A stretch of 64,000 nt of DNA from the human T2T-CHM13v2.0 reference genome, Homo sapiens: NCBI RefSeq assembly GCF_009914755.1, contig NC_060944.1, one strand, 5' to 3'. How positions within the stretch are numbered: position 1 is the stretch's first letter; the number at the start of each line of letters is the position of its first letter. Under the pieces are notes generated by a model, which saw nothing but the letters and a program-made list of their open reading frames with translations, was not told the origin of the DNA and ran no database searches. Shown here one piece after another: positions 1 through 11,500 of this stretch. The translations under genes and the position numbers were made by a program.

Positions 1-126
1 CCTTCTCAGAAGTTTATTTGTGATGTGTGCCCTCAACTAACAGAGTTGAACCTTTCTTTTGATAGAGCAGTTTTGAAACACTCTTTTTGTAAAATCTGCA
101 AGAGGATATTTGGATAGCTTTGAGGA

Positions 127-143
127 TTTCGTTGCAAACGGGA
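127..143 (+). promoter_or_regulatory. CENP-B box, variant TTTCGTTGCAAACGGGA (M1; core intact; recurs in each HOR)
   Basis: Matches core nTTCGnnnnAnnCGGGn. The G>C change is at a non-core position. Confidence 0.85.
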
Positions 144-468
144 ATGGCTTCATATAAACTCTAGACAGAAGCATTCTCAGAAACTTCGTTGGGATGTTTC
201 GATTGAAGTCCCAGTGTTGAACATTCCCTTTTATAGAGCAGGTTGGAAACACTCTTTCTGCATTCCCTGGAAGTGGACATTTGGAGCGCTTTCAGGACGA
301 CGGTGAAAATGGAAATATCTTCCAAGAAAATCTAGATAGAAGCAACGTCAGAAACTTTTATGTGATGGATCTACTCAGCTAACAGAGTTGAACCTTTCTT
401 TTGAGAGAGCAGTTTTGCAACACTCTTTTTGTGGAATATGCAAGTGGATATTAGGGCAGCTTTGAGGA

Positions 469-485
469 TTTCGTTGGAAACGGGA
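469..485 (+). promoter_or_regulatory. CENP-B box TTTCGTTGGAAACGGGA (M3; recurs in each HOR)
   Basis: Canonical 17-bp motif. Confidence 0.95.
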
Positions 486-806
486 ATACATGTAAAAAGC
501 AGACAGCAGCATTCTCAGAAACTTCTTTGTGATGTTTGCATTGAAGTCACAGAGTTGAACATTCCCTTTGAGAGAGCAGGTTTGAAACACGCCTTTTGTC
601 ATATCTGGAAGTGTCCATTCGGAGCGCATTCAGGCTTGTGTTGAAAAAGGAAATATCCTCCCATAAAAACTAGACAGAAGCATTCTCAGAAACTTATCTG
701 TGATGTATGTACTCAACTAACAGAACTAAACCATCGTTTTGAAGGAGCAGTTTTGAAACACTCTTTTTGCGGAATCTGCAAGTGGATATTTGGCTAGCTG
801 GGAGGA

Positions 807-823
807 TTTCGTTGGAAACGGGA
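807..823 (+). promoter_or_regulatory. CENP-B box TTTCGTTGGAAACGGGA (M5; recurs in each HOR)
   Basis: Canonical 17-bp motif. Confidence 0.95.
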
Positions 824-973
824 TTACATACAAAAAGCAGACAGCAGCATTCTCAGAAACTTCTTTGTGATGTTTGCATTCAAGTCACAGAGTTGAACAT
901 TCCCTTTCATAGAGCAGGTTTGAAACACTCTTTTTGTAGTATCTGGATGTGGACATTTGGATCGCTTTCAGGC

Positions 974-990
974 CTATGGTGAAAAAGGAA
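974..990 (+). promoter_or_regulatory. pJalpha/A-box motif CTATGGTGAAAAAGGAA (M6; degenerate versions in all even monomers)
   Basis: Occupies the position equivalent to the CENP-B box in A-type monomers and matches the recalled pJalpha consensus. Functional binding is not established from sequence. Confidence 0.7.
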
Positions 991-1144
991 ATATCTTCCC
1001 ATGAAAACTAGACAGAAGCATTCTCAGAAACTTATTTGTGATGTGTGCCCTCAACTGACAGTGTTGAACCTTTGTTTTGATAGAGCAGTTCTGAAACACA
1101 CTTTTTGTAAAATCTGCAAGAGGATATTTGGATAGCTTTGAGGA

Positions 1145-1161
1145 TTTCGTTGGAAACGGGA
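1145..1161 (+). promoter_or_regulatory. CENP-B box TTTCGTTGGAAACGGGA (M7; recurs in each full HOR)
   Basis: Canonical 17-bp motif. Confidence 0.95.
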
Positions 1162-1486
1162 ATGTCTTCATGTAAACTCTAGACAGAAGCATTCTCAGAA
1201 ACTGCTTTGGGATGTTTCAATTGAAGTCCCAGTGTTGAACATTCCCATTCATAGAGCAGGTTTGAAACACTCTTTTTGTACTATCTGGAAGTGGACATTT
1301 GGAGCGCTTTCAGGTCTACGGTGAAAAAGGAGATATCTTCCAATAAAAACTAGATAGAAGCAATGTCAGAACTCTTTTCATGATGTATCTACTCAGCAAA
1401 CAGAGTTGAACCTTTCTTTTGAGAGAGCAGTTTTGAAACACTCTTTTTGTGGAATATGCAAGTGGGTATTAGGCCAGCTTGGAGGA

Positions 1487-1503
1487 TTTCGTTGGAAACG
1501 GGA
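1487..1503 (+). promoter_or_regulatory. CENP-B box TTTCGTTGGAAACGGGA (M9; recurs in each full HOR)
   Basis: Canonical 17-bp motif. Confidence 0.95.
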
Positions 1504-1824
1504 ATACGTATAAAAAGCAGACAGCAGCATTGTCAGAAACTACTTTGTGATGTTTGCATTCAAGTCACAGAATTGAACACTCCCTTTCACAGAGCAGGTT
1601 TGAAACACTCTTTTTGTAGTGTCTGTAAGTGAACATTTGGATTGCTTTCAGGCCTAAGGTGAAAAAGGAAATATCTTCCCATAAAAACTAGACAGAAGCA
1701 TTCTCAGAAACTTGTTTGTGATGTGTGCCCTCTACTGACAGAGTTGAACCTTTCTTTGCAAAGAGCAGTTTTGAAACACTCTTTTTGTAGAATCTGCAAG
1801 AGGATATTTGGATAGCTTTGAGGA

Positions 1825-1841
1825 TTTCTTGGGAAACGGGA
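1825..1841 (+). promoter_or_regulatory. Degenerate, probably non-binding CENP-B box TTTCTTGGGAAACGGGA (M11; recurs in each full HOR)
   Basis: Core TTCG is changed to TTCT, removing an essential base and a CpG. Confidence 0.85.
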
Positions 1842-2166
1842 ATGTCTTCAGATAAACTCTAGACAGAAGCATTCTCAGAAACTTCTTTGGGATGTTTCAA
1901 TTGAAGTCACAGTGTTGAACATTCCCTTTCACAGAGCAGGTTTGAAACACTCTTTTTGTAGTGTCTATAAGTGAACATTTGGCGTGCTTTCAGGCCTAAC
2001 GTGAAAAAGGAAATATCTTCCCATAAAAACTAGACAGAAGCATTCTCAGAAACTTGTTCTTGATGTGTGCCCTCTACTGACAGAGTTGAACCTTTCTTTG
2101 CAAAGAGCAGCTTTGAAACACTCTTTTTGTAGAATCTGCAAGAGGATATTTGGATAGCTTGGAGGA

Positions 2167-2183
2167 TTTCGTTGGAAACGGGT
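2167..2183 (+). promoter_or_regulatory. CENP-B box TTTCGTTGGAAACGGGT (M13; core intact; recurs in each full HOR)
   Basis: Core intact; only the terminal non-core base differs. Confidence 0.9.
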
Positions 2184-2507
2184 ATGTCTTCAGATAAACT
2201 CTAGACAGAAGCATTCTCAGAAACTTCTTTGGGATGTTGCATTCAAGTCACAGAGTAGAACATTCCCATTCATAGAGCAGATTTGAAACACTCTTTTTGT
2301 AGTATCTGGAAGTGGACATTTGGAGCGCTTTCAGGCCTATGTTGAAAAAGGAAATATCTTCCCATAAAAACTAGACGGAAGCATTCTCAGAAACTTATTT
2401 GTGATGTGTTTGCTCAACTAACAGGATTGAACCATCGTTTTGAAGGAGCAGTTTTGAAACACTGTTTTCGTGGAATCTGCAAGTGGATATTTGGCTAGCT
2501 TTGAGGA

Positions 2508-2524
2508 TTTCGTTGGAAACGGGA
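2508..2524 (+). promoter_or_regulatory. CENP-B box TTTCGTTGGAAACGGGA (M15; recurs in each full HOR)
   Basis: Canonical 17-bp motif. Confidence 0.95.
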
Positions 2525-5500
2525 TTACATATAAAAAGGAGACAGCAGCATTCTCAGAAACTTCTTTGTGATGTCTGCATTCAATTCACAGAGTTGAGCA
2601 TTCCCTTTCATAGAGCAGGTTGGAAACACTCTTTTTGTAGTATCTGGATGAGGACATTTGGAGCGCTTTCAGGCGTATGGTGAAAAAGGAAATATCTTCC
2701 CGTAAAAACTAGACAGAAGCCTTCTCAGAAGTTTATTTGTGATGTGTGCCCTCAACTAACAGAGTTGAACCTTTCTTTTGATAGAGCAGTTTTGAAACAC
2801 TCTTTTTGTAAAATCTGCAAGAGGATATTTGGATAGCTTTGAGGATTTCGTTGCAAACGGGAATGGCTTCATATAAACTCTAGACAGAAGCATTCTCAGA
2901 AACTTCGTTGGGATGTTTCGATTGAAGTCCCAGTGTTGAACATTCCCTTTTATAGAGCAGGTTGGAAACACTCTTTCTGCATTCCCTGGAAGTGGACATT
3001 TGGAGCGCTTTCAGGACGACGGTGAAAATGGAAATATCTTCCAAGAAAATCTAGATAGAAGCAACGTCAGAAACTTTTATGTGATGGATCTACTCAGCTA
3101 ACAGAGTTGAACCTTTCTTTTGAGAGAGCAGTTTTGCAACACTCTTTTTGTGGAATATGCAAGTGGATATTAGGGCAGCTTTGAGGATTTCGTTGGAAAC
3201 GGGAATACATGTAAAAAGCAGACAGCAGCATTCTCAGAAACTTCTTTGTGATGTTTGCATTGAAGTCACAGAGTTGAACATTCCCTTTGAGAGAGCAGGT
3301 TTGAAACACGCCTTTTGTCATATCTGGAAGTGTCCATTCGGAGCGCATTCAGGCTTGTGTTGAAAAAGGAAATATCCTCCCATAAAAACTAGACAGAAGC
3401 ATTCTCAGAAACTTATCTGTGATGTATGTACTCAACTAACAGAACTAAACCATCGTTTTGAAGGAGCAGTTTTGAAACACTCTTTTTGCGGAATCTGCAA
3501 GTGGATATTTGGCTAGCTGGGAGGATTTCGTTGGAAACGGGATTACATACAAAAAGCAGACAGCAGCATTCTCAGAAACTTCTTTGTGATGTTTGCATTC
3601 AAGTCACAGAGTTGAACATTCCCTTTCATAGAGCAGGTTTGAAACACTCTTTTTGTAGTATCTGGATGTGGACATTTGGATCGCTTTCAGGCCTATGGTG
3701 AAAAAGGAAATATCTTCCCATGAAAACTAGACAGAAGCATTCTCAGAAACTTATTTGTGATGTGTGCCCTCAACTGACAGTGTTGAACCTTTGTTTTGAT
3801 AGAGCAGTTCTGAAACACACTTTTTGTAAAATCTGCAAGAGGATATTTGGATAGCTTTGAGGATTTCGTTGGAAACGGGAATGTCTTCATGTAAACTCTA
3901 GACAGAAGCATTCTCAGAAACTGCTTTGGGATGTTTCAATTGAAGTCCCAGTGTTGAACATTCCCTTTCATAGAGCAGGTTTGAAACACTCTTTTTGTAC
4001 TATCTGGAAGTGGACATTTGGAGCGCTTTCAGGTCTACGGTGAAAAAGGAGATATCTTCCAATAAAAACTAGATAGAAGCAATGTCAGAACTTTTTTCAT
4101 GATGTATCTACTCAGCAAACAGAGTTGAACCTTTCTTTTGAGAGAGCAGTTTTGAAACACTCTTTTTGTGGAATATGCAAGTGGGTATTAGGCCAGCTTG
4201 GAGGATTTCGTTGGAAACGGGAATACGTATAAAAAGCAGACAGCAGCATTGTCAGAAACTACTTTGTGATGTTTGCATTCAAGTCACAGAATTGAACACT
4301 CCCTTTCACAGAGCAGGTTTGAAACACTCTTTTTGTAGTGTCTGTAAGTGAACATTTGGATTGCTTTCAGGCCTAAGGTGAAAAAGGAAATATCTTCCCA
4401 TAAAAACTAGACAGAAGCATTCTCAGAAACTTGTTTGTGATGTGTGCCCTCTACTGACAGAGTTGAACCTTTCTTTGCAAAGAGCAGTTTTGAAACACTC
4501 TTTTTGTAGAATCTGCAAGAGGATATTTGGATAGCTTTGAGGATTTCTTGGGAAACGGGAATGTCTTCAGATAAACTCTAGACAGAAGCATTCTCAGAAA
4601 CTTCTTTGGGATGTTTCAGTTGAAGTCACAGTGTTGAACATTCCCTTTCACAGAGCAGGTTTGAAACACTCTTTTTGTAGTGTCTATAAGTGAACATTTG
4701 GCGTGCTTTCAGGCGTAACGTGAAAAAGGAAATATCTTCCCATAAAAACTAGACAGAAGCATTCTCAGAAACTTGTTCTTGATGTGTCCCCTCTACTGAC
4801 AGAGTTGAACCTTTCTTTGCAAAGAGCAGCTTTGAAACACTCTTTTTGTAGAATCTGCAAGAGGATATTTGGATAGCTTGGAGGATTTCGTTGGAAACGG
4901 GTATGTCTTCAGATAAACTCTAGACAGAAGCATTCTCAGAAACTTCTTTGGGATGTTGCATTCAAGTCACAGAGTAGAACATTCCCATTCATAGAGCAGA
5001 TTTGAAACACTCTTTTTGTAGTATCTGGAAGTGGACATTTGGAGCGCTTTCAGGCCTATGTTGAAAAAGGAAATATCTTCCCATAAAAACTAGACGGAAG
5101 CATTCTCAGAAACTTATTTGTGATGTGTTTGCTCAACTAACAGGATTGAACCATCGTTTTGAAGGAGCAGTTTTGAAACACTGTTTTCGTGGAATCTGCA
5201 AGTGGATATTTGGCTAGCTTTGAGGATTTCGTTGGAAACGGGATTACATATAAAAAGGAGACAGCAGCATTCTCAGAAACTTCTTTGTGATGTCTGCATT
5301 CAATTCACAGAGTTGAGCATTCCCTTTCATAGAGCAGGTTGGAAACACTCTTTTTGTAGTATCTGGATGAGGACATTTGGAGCGCTTTCAGGCGTATGGT
5401 GAAAAAGGAAATATCTTCCCGTAAAAACTAGACAGAAGCCTTCTCAGAAGTTTATTTGTGATGTGTGCCCTCAACTAACAGAGTTGAACCTTTCTTTTGA

Positions 5501-8500
5501 TAGAGCAGTTTTGAAACACTCTTTTTGTAAAATCTGCAAGAGGATATTTGGATAGCTTTGAGGATTTCGTTGCAAACGGGAATGGCTTCATATAAACTCT
5601 AGACAGAAGCATTCTCAGAAACTTCGTTGGGATGTTTCGATTGAAGTCCCAGTGTTGAACATTCCCTTTTATAGAGCAGGTTGGAAACACTCTTTCTGCA
5701 TTCCCTGGAAGTGGACATTTGGAGCGCTTTCAGGACGACGGTGAAAATGGAAATATCTTCCAAGAAAATCTAGATAGAAGCAACGTCAGAAACTTTTATG
5801 TGATGGATCTACTCAGCTAACAGAGTTGAACCTTTCTTTTGAGAGAGCAGTTTTGCAACACTCTTTTTGTGGAATATGCAAGTGGATATTAGGGCAGCTT
5901 TGAGGATTTCGTTGGAAACGGGAATACATGTAAAAAGCAGACAGCAGCATTCTCAGAAACTTCTTTGTGATGTTTGCATTGAAGTCACAGAGTTGAACAT
6001 TCCCTTTGAGAGAGCAGGTTTGAAACACGCCTTTTGTCATATCTGGAAGTGTCCATTCGGAGCGCATTCAGGCTTGTGTTGAAAAAGGAAATATCCTCCC
6101 ATAAAAACTAGACAGAAGCATTCTCAGAAACTTATCTGTGATGTATGTACTCAACTAACAGAACTAAACCATCGTTTTGAAGGAGCAGTTTTGAAACACT
6201 CTTTTTGCGGAATCTGCAAGTGGATATTTGGCTAGCTGGGAGGATTTCGTTGGAAACGGGATTACATACAAAAAGCAGACAGCAGCATTCTCAGAAACTT
6301 CTTTGTGATGTTTGCATTCAAGTCACAGAGTTGAACATTCCCTTTCATAGAGCAGGTTTGAAACACTCTTTTTGTAGTATCTGGATGTGGACATTTGGAT
6401 CGCTTTCAGGCCTATGGTGAAAAAGGAAATATCTTCCCATGAAAACTAGACAGAAGCATTCTCAGAAACTTATTTGTGATGTGTGCCCTCAACTGACAGT
6501 GTTGAACCTTTGTTTTGATAGAGCAGTTCTGAAACACACTTTTTGTAAAATCTGCAAGAGGATATTTGGATAGCTTTGAGGATTTCGTTGGAAACGGGAA
6601 TGTCTTCATGTAAACTCTAGACAGAAGCATTCTCAGAAACTGCTTTGGGATGTTTCAATTGAAGTCCCAGTGTTGAACATTCCCTTTCATAGAGCAGGTT
6701 TGAAACACTCTTTTTGTACTATCTGGAAGTGGACATTTGGAGCGCTTTCAGGTCTACGGTGAAAAAGGAGATATCTTCCAATAAAAACTAGATAGAAGCA
6801 ATGTCAGAACTTTTTTCATGATGTATCTACTCAGCAAACAGAGTTGAACCTTTCTTTTGAGAGAGCAGTTTTGAAACACTCTTTTTGTGGAATATGCAAG
6901 TGGGTATTAGGCCAGCTTGGAGGATTTCGTTGGAAACGGGAATACGTATAAAAAGCAGACAGCAGCATTGTCAGAAACTACTTTGTGATGTTTGCATTCA
7001 AGTCACAGAATTGAACACTCCCTTTCACAGAGCAGGTTTGAAACACTCTTTTTGTAGTGTCTGTAAGTGAACATTTGGATTGCTTTCAGGCCTAAGGTGA
7101 AAAAGGAAATATCTTCCCATAAAAACTAGACAGAAGCATTCTCAGAAACTTGTTTGTGATGTGTGCCCTCTACTGACAGAGTTGAACCTTTCTTTGCAAA
7201 GAGCAGTTTTGAAACACTCTTTTTGTAGAATCTGCAAGAGGATATTTGGATAGCTTTGAGGATTTCTTGGGAAACGGGAATGTCTTCAGATAAACTCTAG
7301 ACAGAAGCATTCTCAGAAACTTCTTTGGGATGTTTCAGTTGAAGTCACAGTGTTGAACATTCCCTTTCACAGAGCAGGTTTGAAACACTCTTTTTGTAGT
7401 GTCTATAAGTGAACATTTGGCGTGCTTTCAGGCGTAACGTGAAAAAGGAAATATCTTCCCATAAAAACTAGACAGAAGCATTCTCAGAAACTTGTTCTTG
7501 ATGTGTCCCCTCTACTGACAGAGTTGAACCTTTCTTTGCAAAGAGCAGCTTTGAAACACTCTTTTTGTAGAATCTGCAAGAGGATATTTGGATAGCTTGG
7601 AGGATTTCGTTGGAAACGGGTATGTCTTCAGATAAACTCTAGACAGAAGCATTCTCAGAAACTTCTTTGGGATGTTGCATTCAAGTCACAGAGTAGAACA
7701 TTCCCATTCATAGAGCAGATTTGAAACACTCTTTTTGTAGTATCTGGAAGTGGACATTTGGAGCGCTTTCAGGCCTATGTTGAAAAAGGAAATATCTTCC
7801 CATAAAAACTAGACGGAAGCATTCTCAGAAACTTATTTGTGATGTGTTTGCTCAACTAACAGGATTGAACCATCGTTTTGAAGGAGCAGTTTTGAAACAC
7901 TGTTTTCGTGGAATCTGCAAGTGGATATTTGGCTAGCTTTGAGGATTTCGTTGGAAACGGGATTACATATAAAAAGGAGACAGCAGCATTCTCAGAAACT
8001 TCTTTGTGATGTCTGCATTCAATTCACAGAGTTGAGCATTCCCTTTCATAGAGCAGGTTGGAAACACTCTTTTTGTAGTATCTGGATGAGGACATTTGGA
8101 GCGCTTTCAGGCGTATGGTGAAAAAGGAAATATCTTCCCGTAAAAACTAGACAGAAGCCTTCTCAGAAGTTTATTTGTGATGTGTGCCCTCAACTAACAG
8201 AGTTGAACCTTTCTTTTGATAGAGCAGTTTTGAAACACTCTTTTTGTAAAATCTGCAAGAGGATATTTGGATAGCTTTGAGGATTTCGTTGCAAACGGGA
8301 ATGGCTTCATATAAACTCTAGACAGAAGCATTCTCAGAAACTTCGTTGGGATGTTTCGATTGAAGTCCCAGTGTTGAACATTCCCTTTTATAGAGCAGGT
8401 TGGAAACACTCTTTCTGCATTCCCTGGAAGTGGACATTTGGAGCGCTTTCAGGACGACGGTGAAAATGGAAATATCTTCCAAGAAAATCTAGATAGAAGC

Positions 8501-11500
8501 AACGTCAGAAACTTTTATGTGATGGATCTACTCAGCTAACAGAGTTGAACCTTTCTTTTGAGAGAGCAGTTTTGCAACACTCTTTTTGTGGAATATGCAA
8601 GTGGATATTAGGGCAGCTTTGAGGATTTCGTTGGAAACGGGAATACATGTAAAAAGCAGACAGCAGCATTCTCAGAAACTTCTTTGTGATGTTTGCATTG
8701 AAGTCACAGAGTTGAACATTCCCTTTGAGAGAGCAGGTTTGAAACACGCCTTTTGTCATATCTGGAAGTGTCCATTCGGAGCGCATTCAGGCTTGTGTTG
8801 AAAAAGGAAATATCCTCCCATAAAAACTAGACAGAAGCATTCTCAGAAACTTATCTGTGATGTATGTACTCAACTAACAGAACTAAACCATCGTTTTGAA
8901 GGAGCAGTTTTGAAACACTCTTTTTGCGGAATCTGCAAGTGGATATTTGGCTAGCTGGGAGGATTTCGTTGGAAACGGGATTACATACAAAAAGCAGACA
9001 GCAGCATTCTCAGAAACTTCTTTGTGATGTTTGCATTCAAGTCACAGAGTTGAACATTCCCTTTCATAGAGCAGGTTTGAAACACTCTTTTTGTAGTATC
9101 TGGATGTGGACATTTGGATCGCTTTCAGGCCTATGGTGAAAAAGGAAATATCTTCCCATGAAAACTAGACAGAAGCATTCTCAGAAACTTATTTGTGATG
9201 TGTGCCCTCAACTGACAGTGTTGAACCTTTGTTTTGATAGAGCAGTTCTGAAACACACTTTTTGTAAAATCTGCAAGAGGATATTTGGATAGCTTTGAGG
9301 ATTTCGTTGGAAACGGGAATGTCTTCATGTAAACTCTAGACAGAAGCATTCTCAGAAACTGCTTTGGGATGTTTCAATTGAAGTCCCAGTGTTGAACATT
9401 CCCTTTCATAGAGCAGGTTTGAAACACTCTTTTTGTACTATCTGGAAGTGGACATTTGGAGCGCTTTCAGGTCTACGGTGAAAAAGGAGATATCTTCCAA
9501 TAAAAACTAGATAGAAGCAATGTCAGAACTTTTTTCATGATGTATCTACTCAGCAAACAGAGTTGAACCTTTCTTTTGAGAGAGCAGTTTTGAAACACTC
9601 TTTTTGTGGAATATGCAAGTGGGTATTAGGCCAGCTTGGAGGATTTCGTTGGAAACGGGAATACGTATAAAAAGCAGACAGCAGCATTGTCAGAAACTAC
9701 TTTGTGATGTTTGCATTGAAGTCACAGAATTGAACACTCCCTTTCACAGAGCAGGTTTGAAACACTCTTTTTGTAGTGTCTGTAAGTGAACATTTGGATT
9801 GCTTTCAGGCCTAAGGTGAAAAAGGAAATATCTTCCCATAAAAACTAGACAGAAGCATTCTCAGAAACTTGTTTGTGATGTGTGCCCTCTACTGACAGAG
9901 TTGAACCTTTCTTTGCAAAGAGCAGTTTTGAAACACTCTTTTTGTAGAATCTGCAAGAGGATATTTGGATAGCTTTGAGGATTTCTTGGGAAACGGGAAT
10001 GTCTTCAGATAAACTCTAGACAGAAGCATTCTCAGAAACTTCTTTGGGATGTTTCAGTTGAAGTCACAGTGTTGAACATTCCCTTTCACAGAGCAGGTTT
10101 GAAACACTCTTTTTGTAGTGTCTATAAGTGAACATTTGGCGTGCTTTCAGGCGTAACGTGAAAAAGGAAATATCTTCCCATAAAAACTAGACAGAAGCAT
10201 TCTCAGAAACTTGTTCTTGATGTGTGCCCTCTACTGACAGAGTTGAACCTTTCTTTGCAAAGAGCAGCTTTGAAACACTCTTTTTGTAGAATCTGCAAGA
10301 GGATATTTGGATAGCTTGGAGGATTTCGTTGGAAACGGGTATGTCTTCAGATAAACTCTAGACAGAAGCATTCTCAGAAACTTCTTTGGGATGTTGCATT
10401 CAAGTCACAGAGTAGAACATTCCCATTCATAGAGCAGATTTGAAACACTCTTTTTGTAGTATCTGGAAGTGGACATTTGGAGCGCTTTCAGGCCTATGTT
10501 GAAAAAGGAAATATCTTCCCATAAAAACTAGACGGAAGCATTCTCAGAAACTTATTTGTGATGTGTTTGCTCAACTAACAGGATTGAACCATCGTTTTGA
10601 AGGAGCAGTTTTGAAACACTGTTTTCGTGGAATCTGCAAGTGGATATTTGGCTAGCTTTGAGGATTTCGTTGGAAACGGGATTACATATAAAAAGGAGAC
10701 AGCAGCATTCTCAGAAACTTCTTTGTGATGTCTGCATTCAATTCACAGAGTTGAGCATTCCCTTTCATAGAGCAGGTTGGAAACACTCTTTTTGTAGTAT
10801 CTGGATGAGGACATTTGGAGCGCTTTCAGGCGTATGGTGAAAAAGGAAATATCTTCCCGTAAAAACTAGACAGAAGCCTTCTCAGAAGTTTATTTGTGAT
10901 GTGTGCCCTCAACTAACAGAGTTGAACCTTTCTTTTGATAGAGCAGTTTTGAAACACTCTTTTTGTAAAATCTGCAAGAGGATATTTGGATAGCTTTGAG
11001 GATTTCGTTGCAAACGGGAATGGCTTCATATAAACTCTAGACAGAAGCATTCTCAGAAACTTCGTTGGGATGTTTCGATTGAAGTCCCAGTGTTGAACAT
11101 TCCCTTTTATAGAGCAGGTTGGAAACACTCTTTCTGCATTCCCTGGAAGTGGACATTTGGAGCGCTTTCAGGACGACGGTGAAAATGGAAATATCTTCCA
11201 AGAAAATCTAGATAGAAGCAACGTCAGAAACTTTTATGTGATGGATCTACTCAGCTAACAGAGTTGAACCTTTCTTTTGAGAGAGCAGTTTTGCAACACT
11301 CTTTTTGTGGAATATGCAAGTGGATATTAGGGCAGCTTTGAGGATTTCGTTGGAAACGGGAATACATGTAAAAAGCAGACAGCAGCATTCTCAGAAACTT
11401 CTTTGTGATGTTTGCATTGAAGTCACAGAGTTGAACATTCCCTTTGAGAGAGCAGGTTTGAAACACGCCTTTTGTCATATCTGGAAGTGTCCATTCGGAG

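Larger units (their letters stand above)
1..2719 (+). repeat. Reference HOR unit 1 (monomers M1-M16, numbered locally from window start)
   Basis: Monomer starts and lengths: M1 1 (171), M2 172 (171), M3 343 (167), M4 510 (171), M5 681 (167), M6 848 (171), M7 1019 (171), M8 1190 (171), M9 1361 (167), M10 1528 (171), M11 1699 (171), M12 1870 (171), M13 2041 (171), M14 2212 (170), M15 2382 (167), M16 2549 (171). These sum to 2719. Confidence 0.97.
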
